A DNA stretch of 27,743 nucleotides from a virus. Lineage: Duplodnaviria; Heunggongvirae; Uroviricota; Caudoviricetes. The stretch covers positions 1-27,743 of IMG/VR virus record IMGVR_UViG_3300021426_000080; one strand, written 5' to 3'. Positions 6,020 through 14,741 of the stretch are shown piece after piece. Position numbers and translations under genes: made by a program. Position 1 is the first letter of the stretch, and each line of letters starts with the position of its first letter. Below the pieces are notes generated by a model. That model saw only the letters and a list, made by a program, of their open reading frames with translations, was not told the DNA's origin and made no database searches.

Positions 6020-7792
6020 ATGGCGTTATCCAATACGGCGGTTCCGACCTATTACGGACAGTTTCGGGACGCTGTATTGAGAGGCGAAATCCCGATCTGC
6101 AGATGGATCGAAATGGAAATGAACCGCATTGACAGATTGATCGCTAATCCAAGGTATTATTATGACGATGCGGTTGTTGAAGGATTTATCGATTACTGCA
6201 ACTCTGAATTGACGCTTACTGATGGCAGCGATCTACATTTGCTCGATACATTTAAGCTTTGGGCGGAAGAAGTATTCGGATGGTATTACTTTGATACTCG
6301 AAGTGTATACGTTCCGAATGAAGACGGGCACGGCGGTTATTATAAGAATGTCCGTTATAAAAATCGTCTTACGAAGAAGCAGTTTCTAATTGTTGGACGA
6401 GGCGCTGCAAAGTCGATGTATGCCTCTGCAATTCAAAGTTATTTCCTAACGGTTGATGCATCGACTACGCATCAGATTACAACGGCTCCGACAATGAAGC
6501 AGGCGGAAGAAGTTCTAAGTCCTATTAAAACTTCAATTGTTCGAGCCAGAGGTCCACTGTTTCAATTTCTAACCGAAGGATCACTTCAGAACACAACTGG
6601 ATCAAAAGCGAATCGTGTAAAACTTGCTTCCACGAAAAAAGGCATTGAAGATTTTCTTACGAATTCTCTTCTTGAAATCAGGCCTTTTAGCATCGATAAA
6701 CTTCAGGGGCTTCGCTGTAAGTGTGCAAGCGTTGACGAATGGCTTTCCGGTGATATTCGAGAAGATCCGATTACCGCTATTGAGCAGGGATGCGCTAAAG
6801 GCGGCATAGATGATTACTTGATTATCGCCACAAGTTCTGAGGGAACTGTTCGAAACGGATCCGGAGACTCTATCAAAATGCAGCTTATGAAGATTCTTCG
6901 AGGCGAGTTTGATGACGATGAGACCGGAGAAGCGTTCGATGACGTGTCTATTTGGTATTATCAGCTTGATGATATTCATGAAGTTGGTGATCCAAGAATG
7001 TGGATTAAAGCGAATCCAAATCTTGGGCATACTGTTACTTACTCGGCGTATCAGAAAGATGTAGCTAAAGCTGAGAATTTTCCAGATCAGAGAAACGAAA
7101 TTCTTGCTAAGCGATTTAATCTTCCTATGGAAGGATTCACATATTTCTTTACATATGAAGAAACACTTCCGCACAGGAAGCGAAACTTCTGGGGTTTGCC
7201 ATGTGCCATTGGCGCGGATCTTTCCCAGGGAGATGACTTCTGTGCATTTACATTTCTTTTTCCGACCCGCGACGGAAAATTCGGAGTCAAAGTTCGAAGT
7301 TATATTACCTCCAAGACAATGTCGGAGCTTCCTTTGGCTATGCATACAAAGTATGAGGATTTTATCAAAGAGGGAAGTTTGATCGTACTTGACGGCGTCG
7401 TGCTCGATATGATGCTCGTATATGATGACTTGGATCAGTTCATTATCGATAATGAATATGATGTTCGTTGCTTTGGGTTCGACCCGTATAACGCAAAAGA
7501 ATTTGTTGAGCGATGGGAAACTGAGAATGGTCCGTTCGGAATTGAAAAAGTAATTCAGGGTGCTAAGACAGAATCTGTTCCTCTCGGAGAGCTTAAGCAT
7601 TACGCAAACGAACGAATGCTCTTATTCGATCAGGAGCTTATGTCTTTCTGTATGGGTAACTGCATTACGATCGAGGATACGAATGGAAATCGTAAGCTTC
7701 TTAAGAAACGAAGAGAGCAAAAGATCGATAACGTGTCTGCAATGATGGACGCATATATTGCATATAAGCATAATAAGGATGCGTTTGAGTAA
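6020..7792 (+). CDS. terL: Terminase large subunit
   Basis: Walker A-like LIVGRGAAKS, Walker B-like ASVDEW, IKANPNLG, nuclease GADLSQGDDF, FGFDPYNA and KIDNVSAMMDA. Confidence 0.95.
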   Translation: MALSNTAVPTYYGQFRDAVLRGEIPICRWIEMEMNRIDRLIANPRYYYDDAVVEGFIDYCNSELTLTDGSDLHLLDTFKLWAEEVFGWYYFDTRSVYVPNEDGHGGYYKNVRYKNRLTKKQFLIVGRGAAKSMYASAIQSYFLTVDASTTHQITTAPTMKQAEEVLSPIKTSIVRARGPLFQFLTEGSLQNTTGSKANRVKLASTKKGIEDFLTNSLLEIRPFSIDKLQGLRCKCASVDEWLSGDIREDPITAIEQGCAKGGIDDYLIIATSSEGTVRNGSGDSIKMQLMKILRGEFDDDETGEAFDDVSIWYYQLDDIHEVGDPRMWIKANPNLGHTVTYSAYQKDVAKAENFPDQRNEILAKRFNLPMEGFTYFFTYEETLPHRKRNFWGLPCAIGADLSQGDDFCAFTFLFPTRDGKFGVKVRSYITSKTMSELPLAMHTKYEDFIKEGSLIVLDGVVLDMMLVYDDLDQFIIDNEYDVRCFGFDPYNAKEFVERWETENGPFGIEKVIQGAKTESVPLGELKHYANERMLLFDQELMSFCMGNCITIEDTNGNRKLLKKRREQKIDNVSAMMDAYIAYKHNKDAFE

Positions 7793-7811
7793 GTTTTGAG
7801 GAAAATTCAAA

Positions 7812-9161
7812 ATGGTATATTATGAGTCAAATTACCTTTGCCATTATGGTCTCAAAGGAATGAAATGGGGTCAACGTCGTTGGCAAAATGATGACGGTAC
7901 TTTTAATGAAGCTGGGAAAGCTCGATACTTTAGTAAGTCATCGTCTCATCGTCCAATTAGCGTTATGAAGCTTCAAAATGATCCCGATGTTCAGAAGTGT
8001 AAGGCAGAGCTAAAACAGGCGAAAGTTGCCAAAGATAAAGCATATAAAGCATATAATAAAGCAAGTGCCGGCGGATTAATGACGGATGAAAAAGAAAAAA
8101 AGGCGCTTATTCGTGCCGATAATGCCATTCGATTTGCAAAGCAGGATCTTTCTGATGAAAAAGCCAGAAAACGGATGGAATCTGATGTCAGGCCAAAGTC
8201 TAAGCGAAGGCTTAAACTTGAAGAAGAGTATAAAGCAAAAGGCATGACGGCGGAAGAAGCTGAACTTGCAGCATACAAAAGAGCAAGAACTGAAAAAGCA
8301 TTAAAAATTGCGGCCGGTATTGCAGTAACTGCCGCAGTGGCTTATGGCGCTAGTAAATATGTTGAGAATAATGTTGACAGAGTTATAAAATCCGATGTAT
8401 CATTCAAAAGGGTTGCAACATCTGATACTGCTGGAGTTCAGGATGCTTTTTATGCTACTTTTGGCAATAAAAAGATGGATAATGCAAAGTACGCCGGACT
8501 ATATGCCAAACAACTTAAAGCTGGCAATTATGGGAAAGCTGCTGAGCATGTCTATGAGAAAACAATTAATGCCAAAGAATCCTTTAAAATGGCCTCAACA
8601 AAAAGCGCTAAAGGTGCTTTGCAAGATTTGATGGATAATGATCCTGAATTTAAGAAGGCATTTTCTAAACAGTTTAGATTTAGTCCGGCTATGCAAAAGG
8701 CCATTCAAAATGGTAAAGTCGATAAGAACGTTTATGAATATTTTAATCAGCAACTTGGCGGAAACGCTAAGAATTCTGATGTCGCAAAGAGATACTATGA
8801 CGCATTGTCCAAGAAAGGCTATAATGCCATAATGGATGTAAACGATAAAAAGTTTAGTGGCTTTGGAACTAATATGCCGGTAATAATTTTCAATGCAAAA
8901 GACAAAGTTAATGTCAGCAACGTCCGTGAACTTAGTAATGCTGAGATTAATAAAAAGAATGCTCTTGCAACTTTGGATATTGGAGCCAAAGCAATGGGGC
9001 CACAGTTAGCAATGTATGGAGCAATTGGTGTCGGTATAGTTGGGGCATCTAATGTTTCTAGAAATAAGAAAGAGCAGCAAATAGTTGCTGATTATAAGAA
9101 AGAACATCCAGATTCAAAGTTGTCTTATAAGGATATTGTCAGAAATTATTATAATCAATAG
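7812..9161 (+). CDS. HHG-KWG-tag family protein 3 (449 aa; possible ADP-ribosyltransferase-like C-terminal domain)
   Basis: MVYYESNYLCHYGLKGMKWGQRRWQNDDGT; Lys/Ala-rich helices; hydrophobic IAAGIAVTAAVAYGA; then FKRV..FYATF..GYNAIMDVND..PVIIFN. The ART call is tentative. Confidence 0.8.
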   Translation: MVYYESNYLCHYGLKGMKWGQRRWQNDDGTFNEAGKARYFSKSSSHRPISVMKLQNDPDVQKCKAELKQAKVAKDKAYKAYNKASAGGLMTDEKEKKALIRADNAIRFAKQDLSDEKARKRMESDVRPKSKRRLKLEEEYKAKGMTAEEAELAAYKRARTEKALKIAAGIAVTAAVAYGASKYVENNVDRVIKSDVSFKRVATSDTAGVQDAFYATFGNKKMDNAKYAGLYAKQLKAGNYGKAAEHVYEKTINAKESFKMASTKSAKGALQDLMDNDPEFKKAFSKQFRFSPAMQKAIQNGKVDKNVYEYFNQQLGGNAKNSDVAKRYYDALSKKGYNAIMDVNDKKFSGFGTNMPVIIFNAKDKVNVSNVRELSNAEINKKNALATLDIGAKAMGPQLAMYGAIGVGIVGASNVSRNKKEQQIVADYKKEHPDSKLSYKDIVRNYYNQ

Positions 9162-9172
9162 GAGGTTATTTA

Positions 9173-9382
9173 ATGCATAAGGTGCTATATTCTGTTATAA
9201 CAAAAATCCCAATAATTGGGCCGATTTATGATAGTATCGCAAGACCGAAATTTAGTTCGATGGGACTTTCGGATGGCGAATATGATTTAGCATTATCATT
9301 AATCAAAAAGTATCAGAAGAAGCATCCGAATGAACAAATAACTCTTAGATTGATAAAAAAGCTAATTGAAGACGAAAAATAA
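9173..9382 (+). CDS. Small hypothetical protein (69 aa)
   Basis: Strong AGGAGGT RBS; followed by a terminator; YQKKHPN motif resembles the C-terminal YKKEHPD of the upstream ORF. Confidence 0.75.
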   Translation: MHKVLYSVITKIPIIGPIYDSIARPKFSSMGLSDGEYDLALSLIKKYQKKHPNEQITLRLIKKLIEDEK

Positions 9383-9386
9383 TCCA

Positions 9387-9426
9387 CTAAGAGGGTTGCC
9401 TTAAAAAGCAGCCCTCTTAGATTTTT
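9387..9426 (+). terminator. Intrinsic terminator
   Basis: CTAAGAGGGTTGC / GCAGCCCTCTTAG 13-bp stem followed by ATTTTT. Confidence 0.85.
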
Positions 9427-9441
9427 AAGGAGAGATTCAAA

Positions 9442-10320
9442 ATGATTTATTATGAATCTAATTACCTTTGCCATTATGGCCTCAAAGGAATGAAGTGGGG
9501 ACAACGTCGTTGGCAAAACGAAGATGGCACTTTTAATGAAGCTGGGAAAGCTCGATATTTTGGAAAATCTGCTGGCGGAAATGTACGGCGTGCTCTTGCT
9601 GGCGCATATGGAGTTAGTGAACGTGTTTATAATAAGCTTGGTAATAAAACACTGGCATCAATGAATAAAGCAGCAAAAGAGCAAATGTTGGAAAAGGCGG
9701 CTAAAGCAGATCAAAGAAAAGTTGATCGTCGGCAAGAGAAAATTAATGCCAAAAATCAGAAGACTGCGGAAAAAGATGCTGAGATTAACAAGCGAATTAA
9801 TTCTGCTAAGAATTCTTCCGAAATGGAAAGTGCGATGCAAAAGAAAGTAAAGGAAGATCTAAGAAGAAGCCAAAATCCTTTGAGTAGAACGCTTAATGAT
9901 ATCAGCGGATATAATAATTCTATAGCGAAACAGGTTGTTGATGACGTTTGTAAGAAAATGTACTTTGATGATGTAAAACAGTCAAGATCAAAAATGTCAT
10001 CTGGGCAGAAGTTCTATGATTATTTAACTTCTGGCAGTTCAAATCATGCTAATGAAAAGTATAAAAATGGTGGATATAAGAACCTTAACAAAGAATACGA
10101 GAAGTATAAGTCCGAAGGCGGTATAAAGAAAAGCAAGAAGAATTATGCCGATACTCAGCGGGCTTTGCGGCAGCAAAGAGCTAGACAGGAGCAAGAACGT
10201 CGTCGTGAAGAAGAACGTCGGTATAATGAACAGCAGCGTAAACGACAGGAAGAAATGGACCGTACCGTTAGGCAGATGAATTATTTGACTGGCGTTTACG
10301 AGCGTTCTGGAAATCGTTAA
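9442..10320 (+). CDS. HHG-KWG-tag family protein 4
   Basis: First 40 aa are 38/40 identical to ORF 7812; the remainder is unrelated, basic and helical with a Q/R/E-rich coiled-coil tail. Confidence 0.85.
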   Translation: MIYYESNYLCHYGLKGMKWGQRRWQNEDGTFNEAGKARYFGKSAGGNVRRALAGAYGVSERVYNKLGNKTLASMNKAAKEQMLEKAAKADQRKVDRRQEKINAKNQKTAEKDAEINKRINSAKNSSEMESAMQKKVKEDLRRSQNPLSRTLNDISGYNNSIAKQVVDDVCKKMYFDDVKQSRSKMSSGQKFYDYLTSGSSNHANEKYKNGGYKNLNKEYEKYKSEGGIKKSKKNYADTQRALRQQRARQEQERRREEERRYNEQQRKRQEEMDRTVRQMNYLTGVYERSGNR

Positions 10321-10331
10321 GGAGTTTTAAA

Positions 10332-11054
10332 ATGATCTATTATGAAGACAACTACCTGATGCATCACGGCATTAAAGGCCAGAAGTGGGGCGTAAGGCGA
10401 TATCAGAATCCGGATGGTACTCTTACCGCGGCCGGTAGGTCAAGATATGGGACGCAGGAAGCTTTTGATACTAAGCAAAAGTATAAAGCGGCTCGTAAAG
10501 AGTATAATAAAGCTTTCAATAATGCTTATAATCACAATCATCCTTACAGTCTTTCCAAGAAAAGGAGAGAAGCGTCGGCTGCAAGATGGGAAGAAGCTTT
10601 GAATAAAGCTCAGAATTTGAATAAAGCTCAGAAAGAGTATAAGGTTGCTAAAGGCAATGCGAAACTTGAGAAAACGATTGGCCGCGTAGAAAAAGCTCGC
10701 GATAAGATTCTTTCTGCAAGGGAAAAGAATATGGCCAAGCTTAGCGAGCGTATGGATAAACGGGTTGCTTCCGGACGCACCACACAGATGTATTCTGACT
10801 ATCGTAAAAAAGACTTTGAACTTGGAACAAAAGCTGTAAAAAGCGGCTATGATCGTTACGCCAAAACGATAAAGGACTATAAGTCTATGAAGATTTCTGC
10901 GATTAATGATCCGAGCATTAAGAAGAGCGATGCTTATAAGGAAGCCGGCAGAGCATATCGAAAGCAACTGTTTTCTGATGCGTATTATGGCGGAATGCCG
11001 ATGACAGTTCTTATGTATGCCGGACAGGCGGCGTCCGAACTTGAAGATCGATAA
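10332..11054 (+). CDS. HHG-KWG-tag family protein 5
   Basis: MIYYEDNYLMHHGIKGQKWGVRRYQNPDGTLTAAGRSRY; basic K/A/R-rich helical body; AAGGAG RBS. Confidence 0.85.
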   Translation: MIYYEDNYLMHHGIKGQKWGVRRYQNPDGTLTAAGRSRYGTQEAFDTKQKYKAARKEYNKAFNNAYNHNHPYSLSKKRREASAARWEEALNKAQNLNKAQKEYKVAKGNAKLEKTIGRVEKARDKILSAREKNMAKLSERMDKRVASGRTTQMYSDYRKKDFELGTKAVKSGYDRYAKTIKDYKSMKISAINDPSIKKSDAYKEAGRAYRKQLFSDAYYGGMPMTVLMYAGQAASELEDR

Positions 11055-11069
11055 TACACTTATCCCATA

Positions 11070-11103
11070 CCGTCTCTTTATTTTTCAAAGAGGCGGATTT
11101 TTT
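11070..11103 (+). terminator. Intrinsic terminator upstream of the portal gene
   Basis: CCGTCTCTTT / AAAGAGGCGG stem followed by ATTTTTT. Confidence 0.8.
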
Positions 11104-11148
11104 ATGCCCATTTTCGGGTTTTAACCAATTGATAGGAGGCATATTCCA

Positions 11149-12438
11149 ATGCCAACATTTATGGAAAGGCTCCAGCATGGCTGGAATGCCTTCATCAATA
11201 ATAAAGATCCGACCGTTACACAGCCGGTATATTCCTACGGTAATTATTCATACCGACAGGATCGGAATCGGATTCGAATTGGAAATGAACGTACGATCAT
11301 TAACTCGATCTACAATCGTATTGCTACTGATTGCTCCTCGATTGATATTAGACACATCAAGACAGATAGCAATGGGAGATTTTCCGATGTTATAGATTCC
11401 GGTTTGAATTCGATATTCAGTCTCGAGGCGAATATTGACCAGGAATCCAGAGCATTCGTTCGTGATATTGTGCAATCGATGCTGGATGAGGGCGTCATTG
11501 CATGTGTTCCAGTTGATACGACAACGAATCCGTATAAAGGCGGATCGTATGATATTAACACAATGCGAACCGGCAAGATTACAAAATGGATGCCGAGGCA
11601 CGTAACGATCGAATTATACAATGACCGGAATGGTCAGAGACAGGAAGTAACTCTTCCAAAAGAAATGGTAGCCATCGTGGAGAATCCGTTCTATTCGGTT
11701 ATGAATGAGCCAAACTCCACCATGCAGAGGTTAATTCGGAAACTGCGGCTCCTTGACGACGTTGATGAGCAGAGCAGTGCTGGAAAACTTGACCTCATTA
11801 TACAGCTTCCGTACGTAATTAAAACGGAGGCACGCCGGGCGCAGGCAGAACAGCGTCGAAAAGACATCGAGATGCAATTAGCCGGTTCCAAGTATGGTAT
11901 TGCGTATACCGACGGAACTGAGCGAGTGATTCAATTAAACCGTTCGTTGGACAACAATTTAATGAAGCAGGTCGAATACCTGACTGAGACACTAATGGGC
12001 CAGCTCGGGATTACGAACGAGATCTTAAATGGTACAGCCAATGAGCAGACGATGATGAATTATTACAATCGCATTGTCGAACCGATTCTTTCTGCAATAA
12101 CCGGCGAATTTAACCGGAAGTTCTTAACAAAGACTGCAAGAACAAAAGGGCAGACTTTCATGTTCTTCCGAGATCCCTTTAAGCTGGTACCGGTGTCTAG
12201 TATTGCCGATATCGCTGACAAATTCACACGTAACGAGATTCTCTCCTCGAATGAGGTCCGCGGCTTGATTGGCTTTAAACCGTCCAAAGATCCGAAAGCT
12301 GATGAATTGAGGAATAAGAATCTTAACCAGTCGTCCAACAATCAGGAAGTTTCTCCGGATGTAACTCCGGAAGGTAATGCTGATGTGGGCGACGATTCTG
12401 TTTTTAAGGAGCAAATTCAAAATGGCAAACAAGTATGA
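11149..12438 (+). CDS. Portal protein
   Basis: 429 aa between TerL and the protease; SIYNRIATD, NPFYSVMNEPNS, GKLDLIIQLPY and NEVRGLIGFKP are typical portal segments; AGGAGG RBS. Confidence 0.92.
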   Translation: MPTFMERLQHGWNAFINNKDPTVTQPVYSYGNYSYRQDRNRIRIGNERTIINSIYNRIATDCSSIDIRHIKTDSNGRFSDVIDSGLNSIFSLEANIDQESRAFVRDIVQSMLDEGVIACVPVDTTTNPYKGGSYDINTMRTGKITKWMPRHVTIELYNDRNGQRQEVTLPKEMVAIVENPFYSVMNEPNSTMQRLIRKLRLLDDVDEQSSAGKLDLIIQLPYVIKTEARRAQAEQRRKDIEMQLAGSKYGIAYTDGTERVIQLNRSLDNNLMKQVEYLTETLMGQLGITNEILNGTANEQTMMNYYNRIVEPILSAITGEFNRKFLTKTARTKGQTFMFFRDPFKLVPVSSIADIADKFTRNEILSSNEVRGLIGFKPSKDPKADELRNKNLNQSSNNQEVSPDVTPEGNADVGDDSVFKEQIQNGKQV

Positions 12439-14335
12439 CTTTAGCGGTTGGGCGACAAAGAATGATCTCCTCTGTGCAGACGGAAGAGTCATTCGTCGCG
12501 ATGCCTTTAAAGACAACGACGGCCAGACAGTTCCGCTGGTGTATCAGCATCAGCATAGCGATCCGGCCAGCATTCTTGGTCATGCTCTTCTTGAGAACCG
12601 GGATGATGGTGTTTATGCGTACTGCAGTTTTAACGATACACCGAATGCGCAGCTTGTTAAATCTGCGGTTCAGCACGGAGACGTTGTGTCGCTGTCGATT
12701 TATGCCAACCGCCTTGTTCAGGAAGGAAAAGACGTACTGCATGGTCTGATCCGAGAAGTGAGCATTGTTCTCGCCGGAGCAAATCCTGGCGCTTACATTG
12801 ACAACCCGATCCTTGTCCATGGAGAGGGAACCGCGGACGAGAGCTATGAGGATCTCCTCGACGAAGCTGTCGTTTATACCGGAGAACCGATTGAACTCTT
12901 CCACGCCGATAAAGATGGTGAGGAAGAAGAAAAGAAACCAGAAGCTGAGGAAAAGAAACCAGAGCCGAAGGAAGAAAAGAATGAAAAGGCGGAAGACGCC
13001 GAGGAGGAATCAAAAATGGCAGATGCAAAAGAAAAGACCGTTAAGGACGTATTTGACGAACTGACGGAAGAGCAGAAGAAAGTTGTTTATTTTATGATCG
13101 GTCAGGCGCTGGAAGACGCTAAGGGCGGCAGCGATGACAAAGACGATGAAGATGAAGATGAAGGAGATACCACTATGAAGCACAATGTGTTTGACAATGA
13201 TGAAGCTTACGGTCCCGTTCTGACCCACGACGATCAGATGGCGATTCTTGACTATGCCAGAAAGAACGGTAGTTTCAAGGACGCCCTTGCCATGTTCGCC
13301 GAAGATCATGGCCTGCAGCATGACGATCTGGCTCCTGTGAGCGGCTTCACCTCTTATCCATCCGGCCAGACTCCGGCCGGCGTAGACGCCCTGTTCCCTG
13401 AGTGGCACGATGTTCGTCCCGGCGCCCCTGAGATCGTTACCAATGACCAGGCTTGGGTTAAGGCTGTTCTGAATAAAGTTCACAGAAGCCCGTTTAGCCG
13501 CATCCGCACCTCCCAGGTTGACCTCCGCGAGATCGAAGGCATCCGTGCCAAGGGCTACCAGAAGGGTAAGGAGAAGACCCTTGCTGACAACTACACCGTT
13601 GCCAAGCGTACCACTGAGCCTCAGACTATTTATGCAAAGAGTGCTCTGAACCGTGATGATGTTGTTGATATTACCGATTTCGACTATGTCGATTACCAGT
13701 ATAAGATCGACCGCATGCAGCTCGAGAAGGAGCTGGCTCGCGCGATTCTGATCGGTGACGGCCGCGATGCTGCTTCTGATGACAAGATTAATGAAGAGCG
13801 TATTCGTCCTATCTGGACTGATAACGGCATCTTCACCATCCGCAAGGTTGTCTCCGCTACTGCTGCGGAGAACGATCCGGGCTTCGGCACGAACTATGTT
13901 TATGCTCAGGCTGTTGAAGAGACTATTCTCGATGCGATGATTGACTATCGTGGTTCCGGCAACATGGATATGTTCTGCGCCCAGCGTTTCTTCAACAAGA
14001 TCCAGCTCGCTAAGGATCTGAACGGTCGTCGTCTGTATAAGGATAAGGCCGAACTCACCTCTACGCTCGGTGTGAACGGCGTTTACAATGTTCCGGAATT
14101 CGAGAACCTGACCCGCACCGAGGGCTCTGGCGCTTCTGCTAAGACCTATCGTCTGCTGGCCATCATCGGTAACCTCAATGATTACAACATCGGTGCAACC
14201 AAGGGCGGCGAGATCACTCACTTCACCGATTTCGACATTGACTTCAACCAGCTCAAGAGCCTGATTGAGACTCGCGTCTCTGGTGCGAATACTCGTATCT
14301 ACAGCTTCATCGTTCTGGAAGAGGAAGTTGCGTAA
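12422..14335 (+). CDS. Fused HK97-type prohead protease / scaffold linker / major capsid protein
   Basis: ATG at 12422 after AAGGAG. Protease motifs YDFSGWAT, VPLVYQHQH, SLSIYA and EVSIVLAGANPGA; acidic E/K/D linker; capsid region from MKHNVFD with ELARAILIGDG. Confidence 0.9.
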   Translation: MANKYDFSGWATKNDLLCADGRVIRRDAFKDNDGQTVPLVYQHQHSDPASILGHALLENRDDGVYAYCSFNDTPNAQLVKSAVQHGDVVSLSIYANRLVQEGKDVLHGLIREVSIVLAGANPGAYIDNPILVHGEGTADESYEDLLDEAVVYTGEPIELFHADKDGEEEEKKPEAEEKKPEPKEEKNEKAEDAEEESKMADAKEKTVKDVFDELTEEQKKVVYFMIGQALEDAKGGSDDKDDEDEDEGDTTMKHNVFDNDEAYGPVLTHDDQMAILDYARKNGSFKDALAMFAEDHGLQHDDLAPVSGFTSYPSGQTPAGVDALFPEWHDVRPGAPEIVTNDQAWVKAVLNKVHRSPFSRIRTSQVDLREIEGIRAKGYQKGKEKTLADNYTVAKRTTEPQTIYAKSALNRDDVVDITDFDYVDYQYKIDRMQLEKELARAILIGDGRDAASDDKINEERIRPIWTDNGIFTIRKVVSATAAENDPGFGTNYVYAQAVEETILDAMIDYRGSGNMDMFCAQRFFNKIQLAKDLNGRRLYKDKAELTSTLGVNGVYNVPEFENLTRTEGSGASAKTYRLLAIIGNLNDYNIGATKGGEITHFTDFDIDFNQLKSLIETRVSGANTRIYSFIVLEEEVA

Positions 14336-14399
14336 TCTGAATTCATAAACCGCCAAACGTCGGGAATCCGAATTACAAATTCAAAATGGAAGTGATTGC

Positions 14400-14741
14400 G
14401 TGAAATTTTACGGAGAAGTCGGATTTGTTGAAGTGACCGAGAAGCGTCCGGGAGTGAAAACTTTAAAACCGGTTGAATACAAGTACGCCGGAGATGTTCT
14501 TCGACGTAGTCTTCGCTATCAGTCTGGTAACGAGGTTAACGATACGATAGCTCCGTCTCAGCAGATTTCGATTCTGGTTGATCCGTATGCTCGCAGTCAC
14601 GTTGGATCAATTAAATATGTAAAGTGGATGGGTACCGCATGGAAGGTTACAGAAGCCTCCTTGCAGTACCCACGACTTATTCTGACGCTGGGAGGAGCAT
14701 ACAATGGAGCGACGGTCGGATCTTCTGATACAGGAACTTAA
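14400..14741 (+). CDS. Probable head-closure (stopper) protein
   Basis: GTG start; beta-rich (KFYGEVGF..ISILVDPYA..YVKWMGTAWKV..YPRLILTLG); follows the capsid gene. Confidence 0.7.
   Translation: MKFYGEVGFVEVTEKRPGVKTLKPVEYKYAGDVLRRSLRYQSGNEVNDTIAPSQQISILVDPYARSHVGSIKYVKWMGTAWKVTEASLQYPRLILTLGGAYNGATVGSSDTGT

Noticed and set aside
6602-7600. 332-aa minus-strand ORF
   Set aside because: Lies wholly antisense to terL, has no recognisable motifs or RBS; a shadow ORF.
9173-9382. Holin or type I toxin call for the small ORF
   Set aside because: No convincing transmembrane helix; the C-terminal half is strongly charged.
13010-14356. 448-aa minus-strand ORF
   Set aside because: Mirror of the strongly codon-biased capsid gene; such bias suppresses stops on the opposite strand.
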